Of a stretch of 64,000 nt of DNA, positions 40,525 to 51,365 are shown in pieces (position 1 is the first letter of the stretch; each line of letters begins with the position of its first letter). This stretch comes from an uncultured Candidatus Saccharibacteria bacterium (GTDB lineage: Bacteria > Patescibacteriota > Saccharimonadia > Saccharimonadales > JAGQNJ01), in contig CAZPVO010000001.1 of assembly GCA_964590205.1 (NCBI GenBank), forward strand, positions 47,873 to 111,872, read 5' to 3'. A program made the position numbers and the translations under genes. The notes beneath the pieces are model-generated. The model was not told where the DNA came from, did no database searches, and saw only the letters and a program-made list of their open reading frames with translations.

Positions 40525-41166
40525 ATGATTAGAGTTGATGGATTAGATTTTGAAATCCCAACACCTGTGGTTAGAGAGATCGAAAGTGGTCAAACACAGC
40601 ATTTTTCTCCATCAAAGCCATTAATACCCATGCCGGCAATGGCCTTAGAGGTAGGCATTGGTTTAGACTTAATTGCGGTGCTTCGACCCCATGAAGTTTT
40701 TAGTAGTGAATCAGAGCGATCTGAGAATGATCGCAATCTTTATGTACTAGCTGATAGTGGTAAATTTCGAGAGGTTGAAGCGTATGGTTTTGACGATGGT
40801 GATAGAATGAAGGATTATTATCTCAATCAAAATACCTACCCAACTTTCCTAGATGCTGAAATGCGAATGCGAGCAGACAGGCAGCCACTTACAATTTTGC
40901 CTTTTAAATGTGCGTACCTAGCGATTAATGAGGCTCAACTAAGACAGCAGTGGCTCAACCGCGAAAATAGAGACATGACTCGGAGAGAAGCCGTGGATGG
41001 CGCCGAAATGCTTCAAATTGTGACGACAGAGGTAACACCAATTTATGAAGGTTTTTGGGAACTTAAGGACGCGCCGAGATTAACTTCACGTGCTTCCTCA
41101 GACGAGGGTAACCTTATCGTTACAAACAACGGCACTTCTTCAATAAGCGTTGTAAGCGCACAATAA
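40525..41166 (+). CDS. Hypothetical protein (213 aa)
   Basis: Long ORF on the same strand as its neighbours; no family recognised. Confidence 0.6.
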   Translation: MIRVDGLDFEIPTPVVREIESGQTQHFSPSKPLIPMPAMALEVGIGLDLIAVLRPHEVFSSESERSENDRNLYVLADSGKFREVEAYGFDDGDRMKDYYLNQNTYPTFLDAEMRMRADRQPLTILPFKCAYLAINEAQLRQQWLNRENRDMTRREAVDGAEMLQIVTTEVTPIYEGFWELKDAPRLTSRASSDEGNLIVTNNGTSSISVVSAQ

Positions 41167-41209
41167 ACCAGAGCCTATTCAAAAATTAATGTCATGTTAA
41201 ACTTCAGGC

Positions 41210-42637
41210 ATGACGTTTTTCTTTTATGATCTTGAAACTTCCGGGTTTAGTCCCAGGTCTGCTCGAATTATGCAGTTTGCCGGTCAACGTACCGACATGA
41301 ATTTAAAGCCAATCGGTGAGCCAGTTAATATTTTGATTAAAATGACTGATGACATTTTGCCTGATCCAGGTGCGATTTTGGTAACTGGCATTACACCACA
41401 GCAGACAATTGCCGATGGTATGACCGAAGCCGAGTTCTTAAAAATCTTCGCCAGTGAGGTTTCCACGCCTGGCACAATTTTTGTGGGCTTTAACTCGATT
41501 CGTTTTGACGATGAATTTATGCGTTTTTTACAGTACCGAAATTATTATGATGCTTACGAGTGGCAGTGGAAAGATGATCGTTCACGTTGGGATCTGCTCG
41601 ATGTTGTGCGCATGACGCGTGCACTTCGGCCCGATGGAATCAAATGGCCAGTTGATAGTGAGGGCAAACCGGCCAATCGGCTGACAATGCTGAGCGCAAT
41701 TAACGGGCTGGACCATGAAAATGCTCATGATGCGCTGAGCGATGTAAATGCTACGATTGCTCTCGCGCAGTTGCTAAAAGAAAAGCAACCAAAACTCTTT
41801 GACTACTTGCTCACGATGCGTGATAAAAAAGAGGTCGCTAAATTAGTCGAAGGTGGCCAGGCATTTGTGTACGCTAGTGGTAAATACTCGAGTGATTATG
41901 AGAAAGCTGCCGTGGTAGTGAGAATTGCGGCACATACTGAGCAAGGGGGTGCACTGGTGTATGATCTACGATACGATCCAACAGAATTTTTAGATTTAAC
42001 TCCTGAAAAGCTGGTGGAATACTGGACTCGAGCTTGGGACGATCCTGGCCCTCGACTGCCCATTAAAACACTCAAGTATAATCGCTGTCCGGCTGTAGCA
42101 CCACTTGGTGTGCTGGATAAATCAAGCCAAGAGCGGCTGAAGATTGATTTAGCTCAGGTAGAAAAACATGCCGAAACACTTACTAAAAATCCAGAGTTCG
42201 TAAAAAATGTTCTAAAAGCGCTCGAAATTCTAAACAAAAAACAACAAGTGTCGATGCTGGCCAACGAGCAGCAAGTTGACGCTCAACTTTATGATGGCTT
42301 TATTGGGGATCAAGACCGAAAGCTCATGGTTAAAGTTCACGAAGCTGACATAAATGAAGCAGATAATCTAGTTAAAGAATTTTCTGACAAACGGCTAAAA
42401 GCACTTTGGCCACTGTATAAAGCTCGAAATTTTCCAAAACAATTAACAGATGAAGAAAAAACAATTTGGGAAACGTATCGAACTCAAAAACTAGTTAATG
42501 AAAAAGATAATCGCTTAATGCAATATTTTTCACAAATAGATGAAGCTGCTCAAAGACCGGGACTCACTAAAAATCAGCAATATCTACTCGAGGAACTTAA
42601 ACTGTACGGCGAAAGCATTGCGCCAGATTACGCGTGA
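41210..42637 (+). CDS. sbcB: Exodeoxyribonuclease I (SbcB)
   Basis: FFFYDLETSG (Exo I), FNSIRFDDEF (Exo II), HDALSDV (Exo III, DEDDh); 475 aa. Confidence 0.88.
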   Translation: MTFFFYDLETSGFSPRSARIMQFAGQRTDMNLKPIGEPVNILIKMTDDILPDPGAILVTGITPQQTIADGMTEAEFLKIFASEVSTPGTIFVGFNSIRFDDEFMRFLQYRNYYDAYEWQWKDDRSRWDLLDVVRMTRALRPDGIKWPVDSEGKPANRLTMLSAINGLDHENAHDALSDVNATIALAQLLKEKQPKLFDYLLTMRDKKEVAKLVEGGQAFVYASGKYSSDYEKAAVVVRIAAHTEQGGALVYDLRYDPTEFLDLTPEKLVEYWTRAWDDPGPRLPIKTLKYNRCPAVAPLGVLDKSSQERLKIDLAQVEKHAETLTKNPEFVKNVLKALEILNKKQQVSMLANEQQVDAQLYDGFIGDQDRKLMVKVHEADINEADNLVKEFSDKRLKALWPLYKARNFPKQLTDEEKTIWETYRTQKLVNEKDNRLMQYFSQIDEAAQRPGLTKNQQYLLEELKLYGESIAPDYA

Positions 42638-42810
42638 CGCGGGCGAACGACTTCAACTTTTTTGGTTGTTTTTGCTTTTAAGCTCTTGCGTGAGCGATGA
42701 ACTTTGTAATCGACCCAGAGTACTCCAAATAACAGAATAACCACACACCAGGCGAATGTGATTTGAAGATGTGTGCCAGGTATCTGGCCCAAAACTATGA
42801 ACTCTAGCAT
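42628..42810 (-). CDS. Possible small membrane protein (60 aa)
   Basis: GGAG lies 9-10 nt upstream of the ATG. It has one clear TM helix followed by a K/R-rich tail, and it overlaps the sbcB 3' end by 10 nt. Confidence 0.4.
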   Translation of the reverse strand: MLEFIVLGQIPGTHLQITFAWCVVILLFGVLWVDYKVHRSRKSLKAKTTKKVEVVRPRHA

Positions 42811-42969
42811 TATAGAACTCCACGCTTAGATTTAAATTCATAATAAACCTCTTATTGCATGTATGTCAAGAAAATTGTATTGCGCTTATGCCTGTTGCAG
42901 CCTTTTGGGCGATGCATAAGAGTCATAGGCTAGAAAAACTCCCATAAAATCTGTATAATAGATCAGCTT

Positions 42970-45780
42970 ATGGCAGAGGAAATTATTGTTAAAGGAGCGC
43001 GCGAACACAACCTGAAAAACGTTGATGTTGTGATCCCACGCGGCAAATTGGTGGTGATTACTGGGTTGTCTGGATCAGGAAAGTCGAGCTTGGCTTTTGA
43101 CACCATTTACGCCGAAGGCCAACGTCGCTATGTTGAATCACTCAGTTCTTACGCGCGTCAATTCCTCGGTCTGATGGAAAAACCGGACGTTGATCAGATT
43201 GATGGACTCTCGCCTGCAATTAGTATTGATCAAAAATCGACATCACGAAATCCTCGCTCAACAGTTGCAACCGTGACCGAAATTTATGATTATATGCGTC
43301 TTTTATTTGCGCGCATTGGTGTGCCACACTGTCCAATTTGTGGTAAGCCGGTCGCTCGGCAAACAACGCAGGCTATTGTTGATCAGGCTGCTGCTTATAA
43401 CAAGGACACCAAATTAATTATTCTCGCACCAGTCGTTATTGATAAAAAAGGTGCTTTTGAACATATTCCTGAGCAATATATGCGGGCTGGTTTTGCACGA
43501 GCTCGAGTCGACGGAGTTATTTATGCACTTGATGAATTTCCAGAGCTCGATAAAGCAAAGAAGCATACCATTGAAATTGTGGTTGATCGGTTAGTCAATA
43601 ACGAAGAAAGCTTGGGACGACTCACGCAGTCTGTCGAACAAACACTTGATATTGCTGAAGGAAAAATGACTATTCATGATGCCGAAAAGAAATCAGATGC
43701 CAGCTATAGCTTAATGTATGCCTGCGTTGATCATCCTGATGTGGCAATTCCAGAGCTTGAGCCGCGGACGTTTAGTTTTAACTCCCCACACGGCGCGTGT
43801 CCAACTTGTACTGGATTAGGTAGTCGGCTTGAAGTGGATCCAGAACTCGTCATTCCAAATGGTCGTCTCACGATTGCCGAAGGTGCGATTCGACCATTCA
43901 ACCGGGTGAATACCGACGCGTGGTATATGAAAAAAATGCAGGCTGTCGCTGATCGATATAAATTTAGTTTGCACGTACCAACTAGCGAACTTAGCCAAGA
44001 TGCACTTGATAAAATTTTACACGGTACAGGTAATGAAAAATATGCCGTTAAACTTGGCATGGGCCGTTATTTTGATACAACGTATGAAGGTGTAATTCCA
44101 AATTTGGAGCGTCGGCATAAAGAAACTGAGAGTGATTTTATGCGTCGTGATATTGAGCGCTTTATGCGCGAGCGACCTTGTCAATCTTGCCATGGACGTC
44201 GACTGAAGCCAGAGGTTTTAGCAGTCACGATTGCCAACAAATCAATAATGGATATTTGTGAACTATCAATTGATGATGCACTGGCTTATATTAACGGTCT
44301 AAAATTGAATGATAAAGAGCTACACATTGCTAAACAAATTTTAAAAGAAGTAAACGCTCGTCTGAGTTTTTTGGTTGATGTTGGCCTGAACTATTTATCG
44401 CTGGCTCGAAGCGCGGTAACACTTTCGGGCGGTGAAGCGCAGCGAATTCGATTGGCCACTCAAATTGGTTCAGGGCTCATGGGAGTACTCTACGTTTTGG
44501 ACGAACCATCAATTGGTTTACACCAGCGTGATAACGATCGATTGATTAATACACTTAAACACCTGCGTGATTTAGGGAATACCGTGATTGTGGTTGAGCA
44601 CGATGAAGAAACAATTAGGACTGCGGATCATCTTATAGACATTGGCCCGGGTGCTGGTGTGCGCGGTGGTCACATCGTCGCCGAAGGTAAACCTGATGCG
44701 GTCGCTAAAGTGAAAGATAGCATTACAGGGCAATACTTAAGAGGCGAAAAAGAAATTGCAGTCCCAAAAAAGCGCCGAACTGGCAACGGCAAAGAACTGG
44801 TTATCAAAGGTGCCGCCGAGCACAACTTGGCAGGCATTGATGTAACGATTCCACTTGGCGAGTTGGTAGTTATCAGTGGTGTGTCGGGCTCAGGCAAATC
44901 ATCACTCATTAATGACATATTAGCTAAAGAACTCACGGCTCGTTTGCATCGAGCCAACACAGTTCCGGGCAAGCACGAAGAAATCCAAGGTATTGAGCAC
45001 CTGGATAAAGCCATTATTATTGATCAATCACCAATTGGGCGAACGCCTCGCTCCAACCCAGCCACCTATACAGGACTTTTTACGCCAATTCGTGAATTGT
45101 TTGCGCAGGTACCCGAGGCCAAAGTCCGCGGTTACTCTCCAGGACGGTTTAGTTTTAATGTTAAAGGTGGTCGCTGTGAAAACTGCGCCGGTGATGGCAT
45201 TATCAAAATTGAAATGCACTTTTTACCAGACGTTTACGTGCCGTGTGAAGAATGTAAAGGTAAACGCTATAACCGTGAAGCACTCGAAATTCATTACAAG
45301 GGCAAAACAATTAGCGATGTGTTGGAGATGACCTGCGAGCAGGCGCTGGAGTTTTTTGCCAACGTGCCAAGCATTGCTCGCAAACTACAGACGCTGGTTG
45401 ATGTAGGGCTGGGTTACATCGGTCTTGGCCAGCCAGCCACAACACTGAGTGGTGGTGAGGCGCAGCGCATTAAACTGGCTAGTGAATTATCGCGTCGTCC
45501 AACAGACCGAACATTGTACATTTTAGACGAACCAACAACTGGACTTCATATGGCAGATGTTGACAAGTTACTGCACGTTTTGCACGCTTTAGTTGAAACG
45601 GGTAACAGCATGATAATCATTGAGCACAACCTAGATGTTATTAAATCTGCCGATCATTTAATTGATATGGGACCAGAAGGTGGCGCTGGTGGAGGCATGA
45701 TTATTGCGAAGGGGACACCAGAACAGGTTGCCAAAATTAAGAAATCATACACTGGCCAATATTTGAAAAAAATGCTATAA
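42970..45780 (+). CDS. uvrA: Excinuclease ABC subunit A
   Basis: Two ABC modules ([14 protein letters not shown] and [13 protein letters not shown]), zinc-finger cysteines and LSGGEAQR signatures; 936 aa. Confidence 0.96.
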   Translation: MAEEIIVKGAREHNLKNVDVVIPRGKLVVITGLSGSGKSSLAFDTIYAEGQRRYVESLSSYARQFLGLMEKPDVDQIDGLSPAISIDQKSTSRNPRSTVATVTEIYDYMRLLFARIGVPHCPICGKPVARQTTQAIVDQAAAYNKDTKLIILAPVVIDKKGAFEHIPEQYMRAGFARARVDGVIYALDEFPELDKAKKHTIEIVVDRLVNNEESLGRLTQSVEQTLDIAEGKMTIHDAEKKSDASYSLMYACVDHPDVAIPELEPRTFSFNSPHGACPTCTGLGSRLEVDPELVIPNGRLTIAEGAIRPFNRVNTDAWYMKKMQAVADRYKFSLHVPTSELSQDALDKILHGTGNEKYAVKLGMGRYFDTTYEGVIPNLERRHKETESDFMRRDIERFMRERPCQSCHGRRLKPEVLAVTIANKSIMDICELSIDDALAYINGLKLNDKELHIAKQILKEVNARLSFLVDVGLNYLSLARSAVTLSGGEAQRIRLATQIGSGLMGVLYVLDEPSIGLHQRDNDRLINTLKHLRDLGNTVIVVEHDEETIRTADHLIDIGPGAGVRGGHIVAEGKPDAVAKVKDSITGQYLRGEKEIAVPKKRRTGNGKELVIKGAAEHNLAGIDVTIPLGELVVISGVSGSGKSSLINDILAKELTARLHRANTVPGKHEEIQGIEHLDKAIIIDQSPIGRTPRSNPATYTGLFTPIRELFAQVPEAKVRGYSPGRFSFNVKGGRCENCAGDGIIKIEMHFLPDVYVPCEECKGKRYNREALEIHYKGKTISDVLEMTCEQALEFFANVPSIARKLQTLVDVGLGYIGLGQPATTLSGGEAQRIKLASELSRRPTDRTLYILDEPTTGLHMADVDKLLHVLHALVETGNSMIIIEHNLDVIKSADHLIDMGPEGGAGGGMIIAKGTPEQVAKIKKSYTGQYLKKML

Positions 45781-45787
45781 TATATAT

Positions 45788-47371
45788 ATGACGAAGCATG
45801 AGGCTTTGGAAGCTAAACCCGACTTTTCTGAAAACGATGCTGGGCTGGTAAAGATATGTATCATGGCAGATGATGCTGCAGCTGAGCTAGTGAAGCTCGA
45901 GAATGAGGAAATAACACCGGCAACCTATTTTAAAGTACATAAGAAGGTGGATTTTGCAAAAAATGTTACGAATATAATTGAAAATCCAAGCATTGAGAAC
46001 ATCGAACAACTGGCTGAAAATCATGCATCGCTCGCTTTTGCCCAAATAACCAAAGATAGTCAGCGGCAAGGTGATTCCACGCATGGGCTAATGACAAGAC
46101 TTGCTTATATGACAACTTATGAAGCGTTTCTTGTCGATCGCTTCCGTGTTAATAAGTATACAACTGGCAATATAAGTGCAACACGGGCTTTTAGTGAGAG
46201 ATTTATAACAAATATGGCTATGCACACAGCAAATTATTTGTATGGGAGGCCTGATCGTAAGGATATACTGGGCGAACTGGCAAGATTAAGTACATTGACA
46301 CTTGATCAGCCAGCACCTGGTACCGAATGGGCAGCATTTAAGGTTAGTGAATATTATCAGGAAGTCGGAGAAGCATTTTCGGTACTCGAATTATTGATGG
46401 AACAGTCGGCGGATGACAACGCTGAAACGGCAGAACTGCGCGAAGCCGGTGATAATTTATGGCAAGAAGCAGCCGTGTTAAGACGTTTTAGTTTAAAACC
46501 GGCAATTGCGCCAACAAATTTGCCTGGCCTAACTAACATTTACATGCGTCCAGGTTTTGAGGTTGTGGAGGAGCTCGAAGAGGTTAGCGCAAGAATTAAT
46601 CCAGTTAAAACTGCTCAAGCTGACCCAGAGCCATGTAAATATACACTCGATGATGCTGTGGCGGTCACGATGCTTAGTGACTTGCCGTTTTCAAGAAAAC
46701 CAGCGGAGTATAAACTCCTACAAGGTTCAGAAGAGGACAGAAGTTTTGGCGCGTATGTACCATTCAGTAAGATTTTGGATACGACGCAAGAAGATTTGAA
46801 TGGGGTAAGCATAAATCACATTATGGCTATTTTCCAGTTGCGTGATGATGGAGAGCTTTACACTTTACATGGTGTGCCAATACGCGATTGGGCAAAGCAG
46901 CTTGGTGCCGAAGTTGCATATCAGCAAGTACGTTTGGAACAATTAGCACTCTATTATGACCTAGTTGTTCCAGTGTACGTTACAAAATTAATCAAAGATG
47001 GTTTGGCCAGGCAGCCAGTTCCAGCAACACCAACTGACAGATTACACGAGATGACAATTGCAAGAACAAAGTATTTGCGTCAAAACCAACAAACAGTAGT
47101 GAGTGAGTTAGAAAAAGAGGAATCTGAAGCAAGTTATGAATACACAGGAGAAAAACGTCCTGTGGTAGGTCATCCGAGATCAGTGCCATCAGATTTTAGT
47201 GCAGACATTCAGACACGTGAGCGAGCCTTAAGAGAAGGTCGGTATGTACTAGCCGACTTTGGCGAAACGTGGGTGCGATATCATCAACGCGGCACGAGAG
47301 GCCGTGCTGACACAGTTTATGCAAAGCCAGTAAGAGGAAAGTACAAAGAAAGACAGCGCGTGCGAAAATGA
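45788..47371 (+). CDS. Hypothetical protein (527 aa) tightly linked to uvrA
   Basis: The ATG lies 7 nt after the uvrA stop. No TM segment, a basic C-terminal tail (RGKYKERQRVRK), and no family recognised. Confidence 0.7.
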   Translation: MTKHEALEAKPDFSENDAGLVKICIMADDAAAELVKLENEEITPATYFKVHKKVDFAKNVTNIIENPSIENIEQLAENHASLAFAQITKDSQRQGDSTHGLMTRLAYMTTYEAFLVDRFRVNKYTTGNISATRAFSERFITNMAMHTANYLYGRPDRKDILGELARLSTLTLDQPAPGTEWAAFKVSEYYQEVGEAFSVLELLMEQSADDNAETAELREAGDNLWQEAAVLRRFSLKPAIAPTNLPGLTNIYMRPGFEVVEELEEVSARINPVKTAQADPEPCKYTLDDAVAVTMLSDLPFSRKPAEYKLLQGSEEDRSFGAYVPFSKILDTTQEDLNGVSINHIMAIFQLRDDGELYTLHGVPIRDWAKQLGAEVAYQQVRLEQLALYYDLVVPVYVTKLIKDGLARQPVPATPTDRLHEMTIARTKYLRQNQQTVVSELEKEESEASYEYTGEKRPVVGHPRSVPSDFSADIQTRERALREGRYVLADFGETWVRYHQRGTRGRADTVYAKPVRGKYKERQRVRK

Positions 47372-47748
47372 CCAGCTTTTACCGACCCTTTATTGATGCC
47401 ACTGCTGAAACGTTAGTCGGGGGAGAGCATGCCCTTGATCGACGAGGAGTAATTACTGCGCATCGAAACTTAGCATTAATTTGTCAGATCGTTGCTATTG
47501 ATGAAAAACATCCAGAGATTGCGAAGGATTTATACGACGAGGCTTTGGTAGAAGCTGGCGCGATTACACGGGGTGATATTCATACCGACAATTGGCCACA
47601 CTCTGTAGAACAGTTAGCTTCAAAGTTAAAGCGAGGTTGGGAAGAAACAGATGAGCTAGTTTCGAGCATAGCCATAAGCAATCACCATGAAGATATAGCC
47701 GTTCGTTCACACCCTTCCGGCTGGGGCACGACTACGCTTTTCGGTTGA
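47368..47748 (+). CDS. Hypothetical protein (126 aa), coupled to the 527-aa gene
   Basis: ATGA overlap with the upstream gene; no family recognised. Confidence 0.6.
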   Translation: MTSFYRPFIDATAETLVGGEHALDRRGVITAHRNLALICQIVAIDEKHPEIAKDLYDEALVEAGAITRGDIHTDNWPHSVEQLASKLKRGWEETDELVSSIAISNHHEDIAVRSHPSGWGTTTLFG

Positions 47749-48382
47749 GCTTATCTTTTTTGCCGATATTTTTAATTCGCTTTACTAGCAGCTGGCGGTT
47801 TTTCTTTTCTTTAAATAAATGGGCGAATGAAATAGCGATACTGCCAACAACCACGGCCAGTAGTACCCATTCAATATATTTATCGAGCTGCGGTATCTTG
47901 CTACCTAAGTAGTAACCAAGTAGCACCATTGTGGTGGTCCATAAAATCCCGCCGACAATATTGAACGACATAAAGCGCTTACGAGGCATTTTACCGATTC
48001 CGGCGACGACAGGTGCAAAGGTTCTCACGATTGGCGTAAATCGAGCCATAATAATTGTTTTTCCACCATGTTTTTCGTAGAAAGCTTCAGCCCGAGCAAT
48101 GTGCTCTTGCTGGAAGAATAAACTTTCCTTCTTTTTGAAGAGTCTTGGTCCAGTTCGATGACCTATGCTATACCCGACGTTGTCGCCAATAATCGCAGCA
48201 ACCGAGAATAAGACAATGGATAGTACCAAAGGTAGTCGTCCTTGAGATGCGGCAAGTCCGGCCGCAAACAACAGTGTATCGCCGGGTAAAAAGAAGCCAA
48301 CTAGCAATCCTGACTCAGCAAAAATGATAAATGCAACTAGTAAAATGCCGCCGCTCTGAATGATTGAATCCGGATTGAACAT
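47732..48382 (-). CDS. dedA: DedA/VTT-domain membrane protein
   Basis: LPGDTLLFAAG and RFTPIVRTFAPVVAG motifs, polytopic. Confidence 0.85.
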   Translation of the reverse strand: MFNPDSIIQSGGILLVAFIIFAESGLLVGFFLPGDTLLFAAGLAASQGRLPLVLSIVLFSVAAIIGDNVGYSIGHRTGPRLFKKKESLFFQQEHIARAEAFYEKHGGKTIIMARFTPIVRTFAPVVAGIGKMPRKRFMSFNIVGGILWTTTMVLLGYYLGSKIPQLDKYIEWVLLAVVVGSIAISFAHLFKEKKNRQLLVKRIKNIGKKDKLNRKA

Positions 48383-48465
48383 GTCTACGTATTATACACG
48401 AGCATTTTTTCGCAAAAAGTGTTATACTAACGTGAGCAAATTACAGATAAGCGGAGGCTTAAATT

Positions 48466-49152
48466 TTGAGTCAAGATAGTATTACATTGTCGTTAACCAA
48501 ACGTGAAGTTGTCGGTAAAGGGCTAAATCAATTCCGACGAGACGGTCAAACACCGGCAGTTATTCATAATCACGGTCAAGAATCAGTTGTTGTCAGCGGC
48601 CCATACCTTGATTTGCTCAGGGTTTATCAAAAAGCTGGTAAAACTTCACCAGTTAACCTGAATGTTGGTGATCAAAAATACATGGCACTTATTAAGCAGG
48701 TTGATTTTGATCCTAAAAAGAATCTACTGCGACATGTTGTCTTTAACGCAATTCGCCAAGACGAAAAGCAAAAAACTGAAGTGCCGGTTCACTTTGTGGA
48801 AGACGCTGAAATTCCAGCCGAAAAAGCTGGCCTGATGGTGATTCGTCAACTTGATGTTGTTGAAATCGAAGCCTTGCCGAAAGACTTAGTCGATGAACTA
48901 ACAGTTGATCCAAGTGGTCTTGCTGAAATCGGCGACAAAATTACCGTCGCTGATATTAAAGTTCCTGAAGGTGTAGAAATTTTGACTGAAGCTGAACACC
49001 CAATCGCAACTGTTGAAGAAACCAAAGCTCAAATGTCTGAGGAAGCTGAAGAAGAAGCTACTGAAGGCGAAGAAGGCGCTGAGGGCGAATCTGCTGAGGG
49101 TGATGAATCAGCTGAAGGCGAATCTAAAGAATCTGAAGATAAACCAGAATAG
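48466..49152 (+). CDS. rplY: Ribosomal protein L25, Ctc (general stress) form, with an acidic C-terminal tail
   Basis: TTG start 8 nt after GGAGG. RR.G..PAV..G...... pattern, with two domains followed by an E/G/A-rich tail. Confidence 0.88.
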   Translation: MSQDSITLSLTKREVVGKGLNQFRRDGQTPAVIHNHGQESVVVSGPYLDLLRVYQKAGKTSPVNLNVGDQKYMALIKQVDFDPKKNLLRHVVFNAIRQDEKQKTEVPVHFVEDAEIPAEKAGLMVIRQLDVVEIEALPKDLVDELTVDPSGLAEIGDKITVADIKVPEGVEILTEAEHPIATVEETKAQMSEEAEEEATEGEEGAEGESAEGDESAEGESKESEDKPE

Positions 49153-49180
49153 CTTTCCATTCTTAAAAAGAACATAAACC

Positions 49181-49204
49181 ATTACTTTGGACCGCCAAAG
49201 TAAT
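49181..49204. terminator. Perfect 10-bp hairpin after rplY (possible terminator, strand unclear)
   Basis: ATTACTTTGG-accg-CCAAAGTAAT. There is no U-tract on the + strand, and a T-rich run follows on the - strand. Confidence 0.35.
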
Positions 49205-49550
49205 CAAAACTCTTGGGTGCTCTCGCTCACACATATATCTGTTGATAGAAATCAGGCTCGCTGCGGAACTCCTCTCTTAAGTGCCACTGGCACTTCTGTT
49301 CGTCAATCAGTCCTCGCGCCCAAGGGCGCCTGATTTCCACAACATCTATTCTGTACACTCGAGATACCCAGAAGGATATAAACCCGGCTCGAGAAAACTG
49401 AGGAAGATTGTCAGGCTTGAACTGAGTAACTGCAGAGGACTTCTGGAGCGAAGCGGAATCCGCAGGCTGTTGTTGACTTTGACAGTGAGTAGTCACGAAA
49501 AAACGTAGCCCAGCAGTTTTTGATTCTTTTTGCTGACAAAAAGAATAGAG

Positions 49551-51365
49551 TTACTTGTAGCCCTCAGCTTGTTTGCTGAAGAGGTCGTGGTACAGACCTT
49601 TATTTTTCATAAGTTCTTCATGGGTGCCTTGTTCAATAAGCTGACCTTCATCTAGAACAATAATTCTATCAGCACGACGCACCGTACTAAAGCGGTGGCT
49701 TACGATCAAAGCTGTTTTGTTTTTGTAATGCTCAAAGATGGAGTTAAAAATTTCATACTCGGCTTTGGCATCAATGGCTGATGTCGGCTCATCTAAAATA
49801 ATCATATTTGCATCGCGGTAAAAAGCTCGGGCAATCGCTACACGTTGCCATTGACCACCGCTCGGTTCGACACCCTTTTTAAAACTGCTGTCGAGTACTG
49901 TCTCCCAGCCATGCTCGTAGCTTTCCACCATTTCATCAACTTCACCAAATTTGGCAGCACGCTCAAGAAGTTTTTTATCTTGAGGCTTAGTTGATCGACC
50001 AATGGAAATGTTTTCTTCAATTGGCAGTGGGTAGGAGTTAAACTCTTGAAATAATGTTGACAGTTGTGCATACCAGGATTCAATATCGACTTCTTGTAGA
50101 TCAACTCCATCAACTAAAATACGTCCGTTTGTTGGTTTGTAAAAGCGCAGCAATAATTTTATGAGTGTTGTTTTGCCAGCACCATTTTCGCCCACAAGTG
50201 CGACGTGCTCCCCGGATTTTATCGATAAACTCAGATCCTTGAATATTGCTTTGTCTTGGTCGGGGTAGGTGAATGAAACGTTTTCAAATGTAATTTCTGG
50301 AATTTTTTTAGTTGTTAGCTCAATAGCGTTTTTGCTGTTAACAATTGTTGGCTTAGCATCAACTAAGTTAAAGTAACTATCGGCAAATAACAAGCCTTCT
50401 TGCATGCGAGTTAGCGTTCCAAAAATTGTGTTTATAGAACCACCAATTCGCAGCAATGCTCCAGCCAGGAAAAAATATCGATCCAAAGATATCGATCGAG
50501 CTAATAATTGCTTAACCAGTACTATTTCGCCAATTGCCGTACCTGCAACTTCCAGCATCTTTGTCGATACCAGTGCCCGCGTTGCACCTTTGTATTTAGC
50601 GCGCTGCTCATCATAAAATTTTACGTTCATGTTATCGATTTTTTTCAGTAGATAATGTGAAGCTTGCGTACTGCGAATTTCCATCTGAGCCTTAGCACGT
50701 CTAAAAATATTTTCGAGGCCAAAAAATATATGCCGCTCATCACCCTTGGCATTCCAAACAAACCATTGCATTTTGGCAATGCGACTTTCCGCAATCAAAC
50801 TTGGAATTAGGAACAACGCAATCAATGGCACAATCCACCACGTAATCTGCGAAACAACAGCTGTGATAGCTATGAAGCGGATAATTCCGTACAGCAAATC
50901 CAGGTTAGCATCAGACAGGTTTGGAATTTGCCAAATGTATGCACCACTGACTTTATTGATTTCGTTGCGCATCTCTTGATCGTAAAAATCGGCAATATCA
51001 ATTCGGGCAATTGAACCGAGCAGACTATTTATTGACCAACGCACCAGCGAAAAGTACAGCATGCGCTTGCCATAACTCATAGCAAAAAATCCAAGACCAG
51101 TAATGGCAGAGGAAATAATATCAATTGCTACCCACATCCAGATGTAATCAGTTTGGCCAGAGACAATAAAATGCGCTAAAAGTGCACCAATCTTTGCAGT
51201 GGCATAAATAGTAGCAATGGAGCCGCCGATTTCTAAAAATGAGCCAAGAAAGAAAATAGCAACCGCAGAAGGCCGGACGCTTAAAGCAACTTTAAATAAT
51301 CTAAAGCCAAGCCGTGCATTTTTTTTGAACGGTAGTTTAGATGTTGTGTCGTCCGCTTTGGCCAT
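49551..51365 (-). CDS. ABC exporter, fused permease-ATPase (type I exporter), third of three
   Basis: GENGAGKTTL Walker A, PSGGQWQRVAIARA signature, ILDEPTSAID Walker B. The ATG at 51365 (MAKADD..) shares its A with the upstream TAA (TAATG). Confidence 0.9.
   Translation of the reverse strand: MAKADDTTSKLPFKKNARLGFRLFKVALSVRPSAVAIFFLGSFLEIGGSIATIYATAKIGALLAHFIVSGQTDYIWMWVAIDIISSAITGLGFFAMSYGKRMLYFSLVRWSINSLLGSIARIDIADFYDQEMRNEINKVSGAYIWQIPNLSDANLDLLYGIIRFIAITAVVSQITWWIVPLIALFLIPSLIAESRIAKMQWFVWNAKGDERHIFFGLENIFRRAKAQMEIRSTQASHYLLKKIDNMNVKFYDEQRAKYKGATRALVSTKMLEVAGTAIGEIVLVKQLLARSISLDRYFFLAGALLRIGGSINTIFGTLTRMQEGLLFADSYFNLVDAKPTIVNSKNAIELTTKKIPEITFENVSFTYPDQDKAIFKDLSLSIKSGEHVALVGENGAGKTTLIKLLLRFYKPTNGRILVDGVDLQEVDIESWYAQLSTLFQEFNSYPLPIEENISIGRSTKPQDKKLLERAAKFGEVDEMVESYEHGWETVLDSSFKKGVEPSGGQWQRVAIARAFYRDANMIILDEPTSAIDAKAEYEIFNSIFEHYKNKTALIVSHRFSTVRRADRIIVLDEGQLIEQGTHEELMKNKGLYHDLFSKQAEGYK

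Noticed and set aside
49400-49480. SRP (4.5S/scRNA) RNA, because of GTCAGGC and GGAGCGAAGCGGAATCC
   Set aside because: There is no GNRA-capped helix 8 with the GGAAGCAGC-type symmetric loop. The similarity is limited to a few nucleotides.
49227-49508. The 89-aa (-) and 75-aa (+) ORFs in the rplY/ABC spacer
   Set aside because: They are mutually antisense, of low complexity (R/S/L-rich), and lack ribosome-binding sites. The region is better explained as structured RNA or non-coding DNA.
49153-49550. RNase P RNA, because AACCCGGCT (49381-49389) matches the conserved 3' strand of helix P4
   Set aside because: The universally conserved partner GAGGAAAGUCC is absent on either strand. The closest sequences are GAGGAGTTCCGC on the minus strand and GAGGAAGATTGTC on the plus strand. 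The geometry would also push the other half of the RNA into the rplY coding region.
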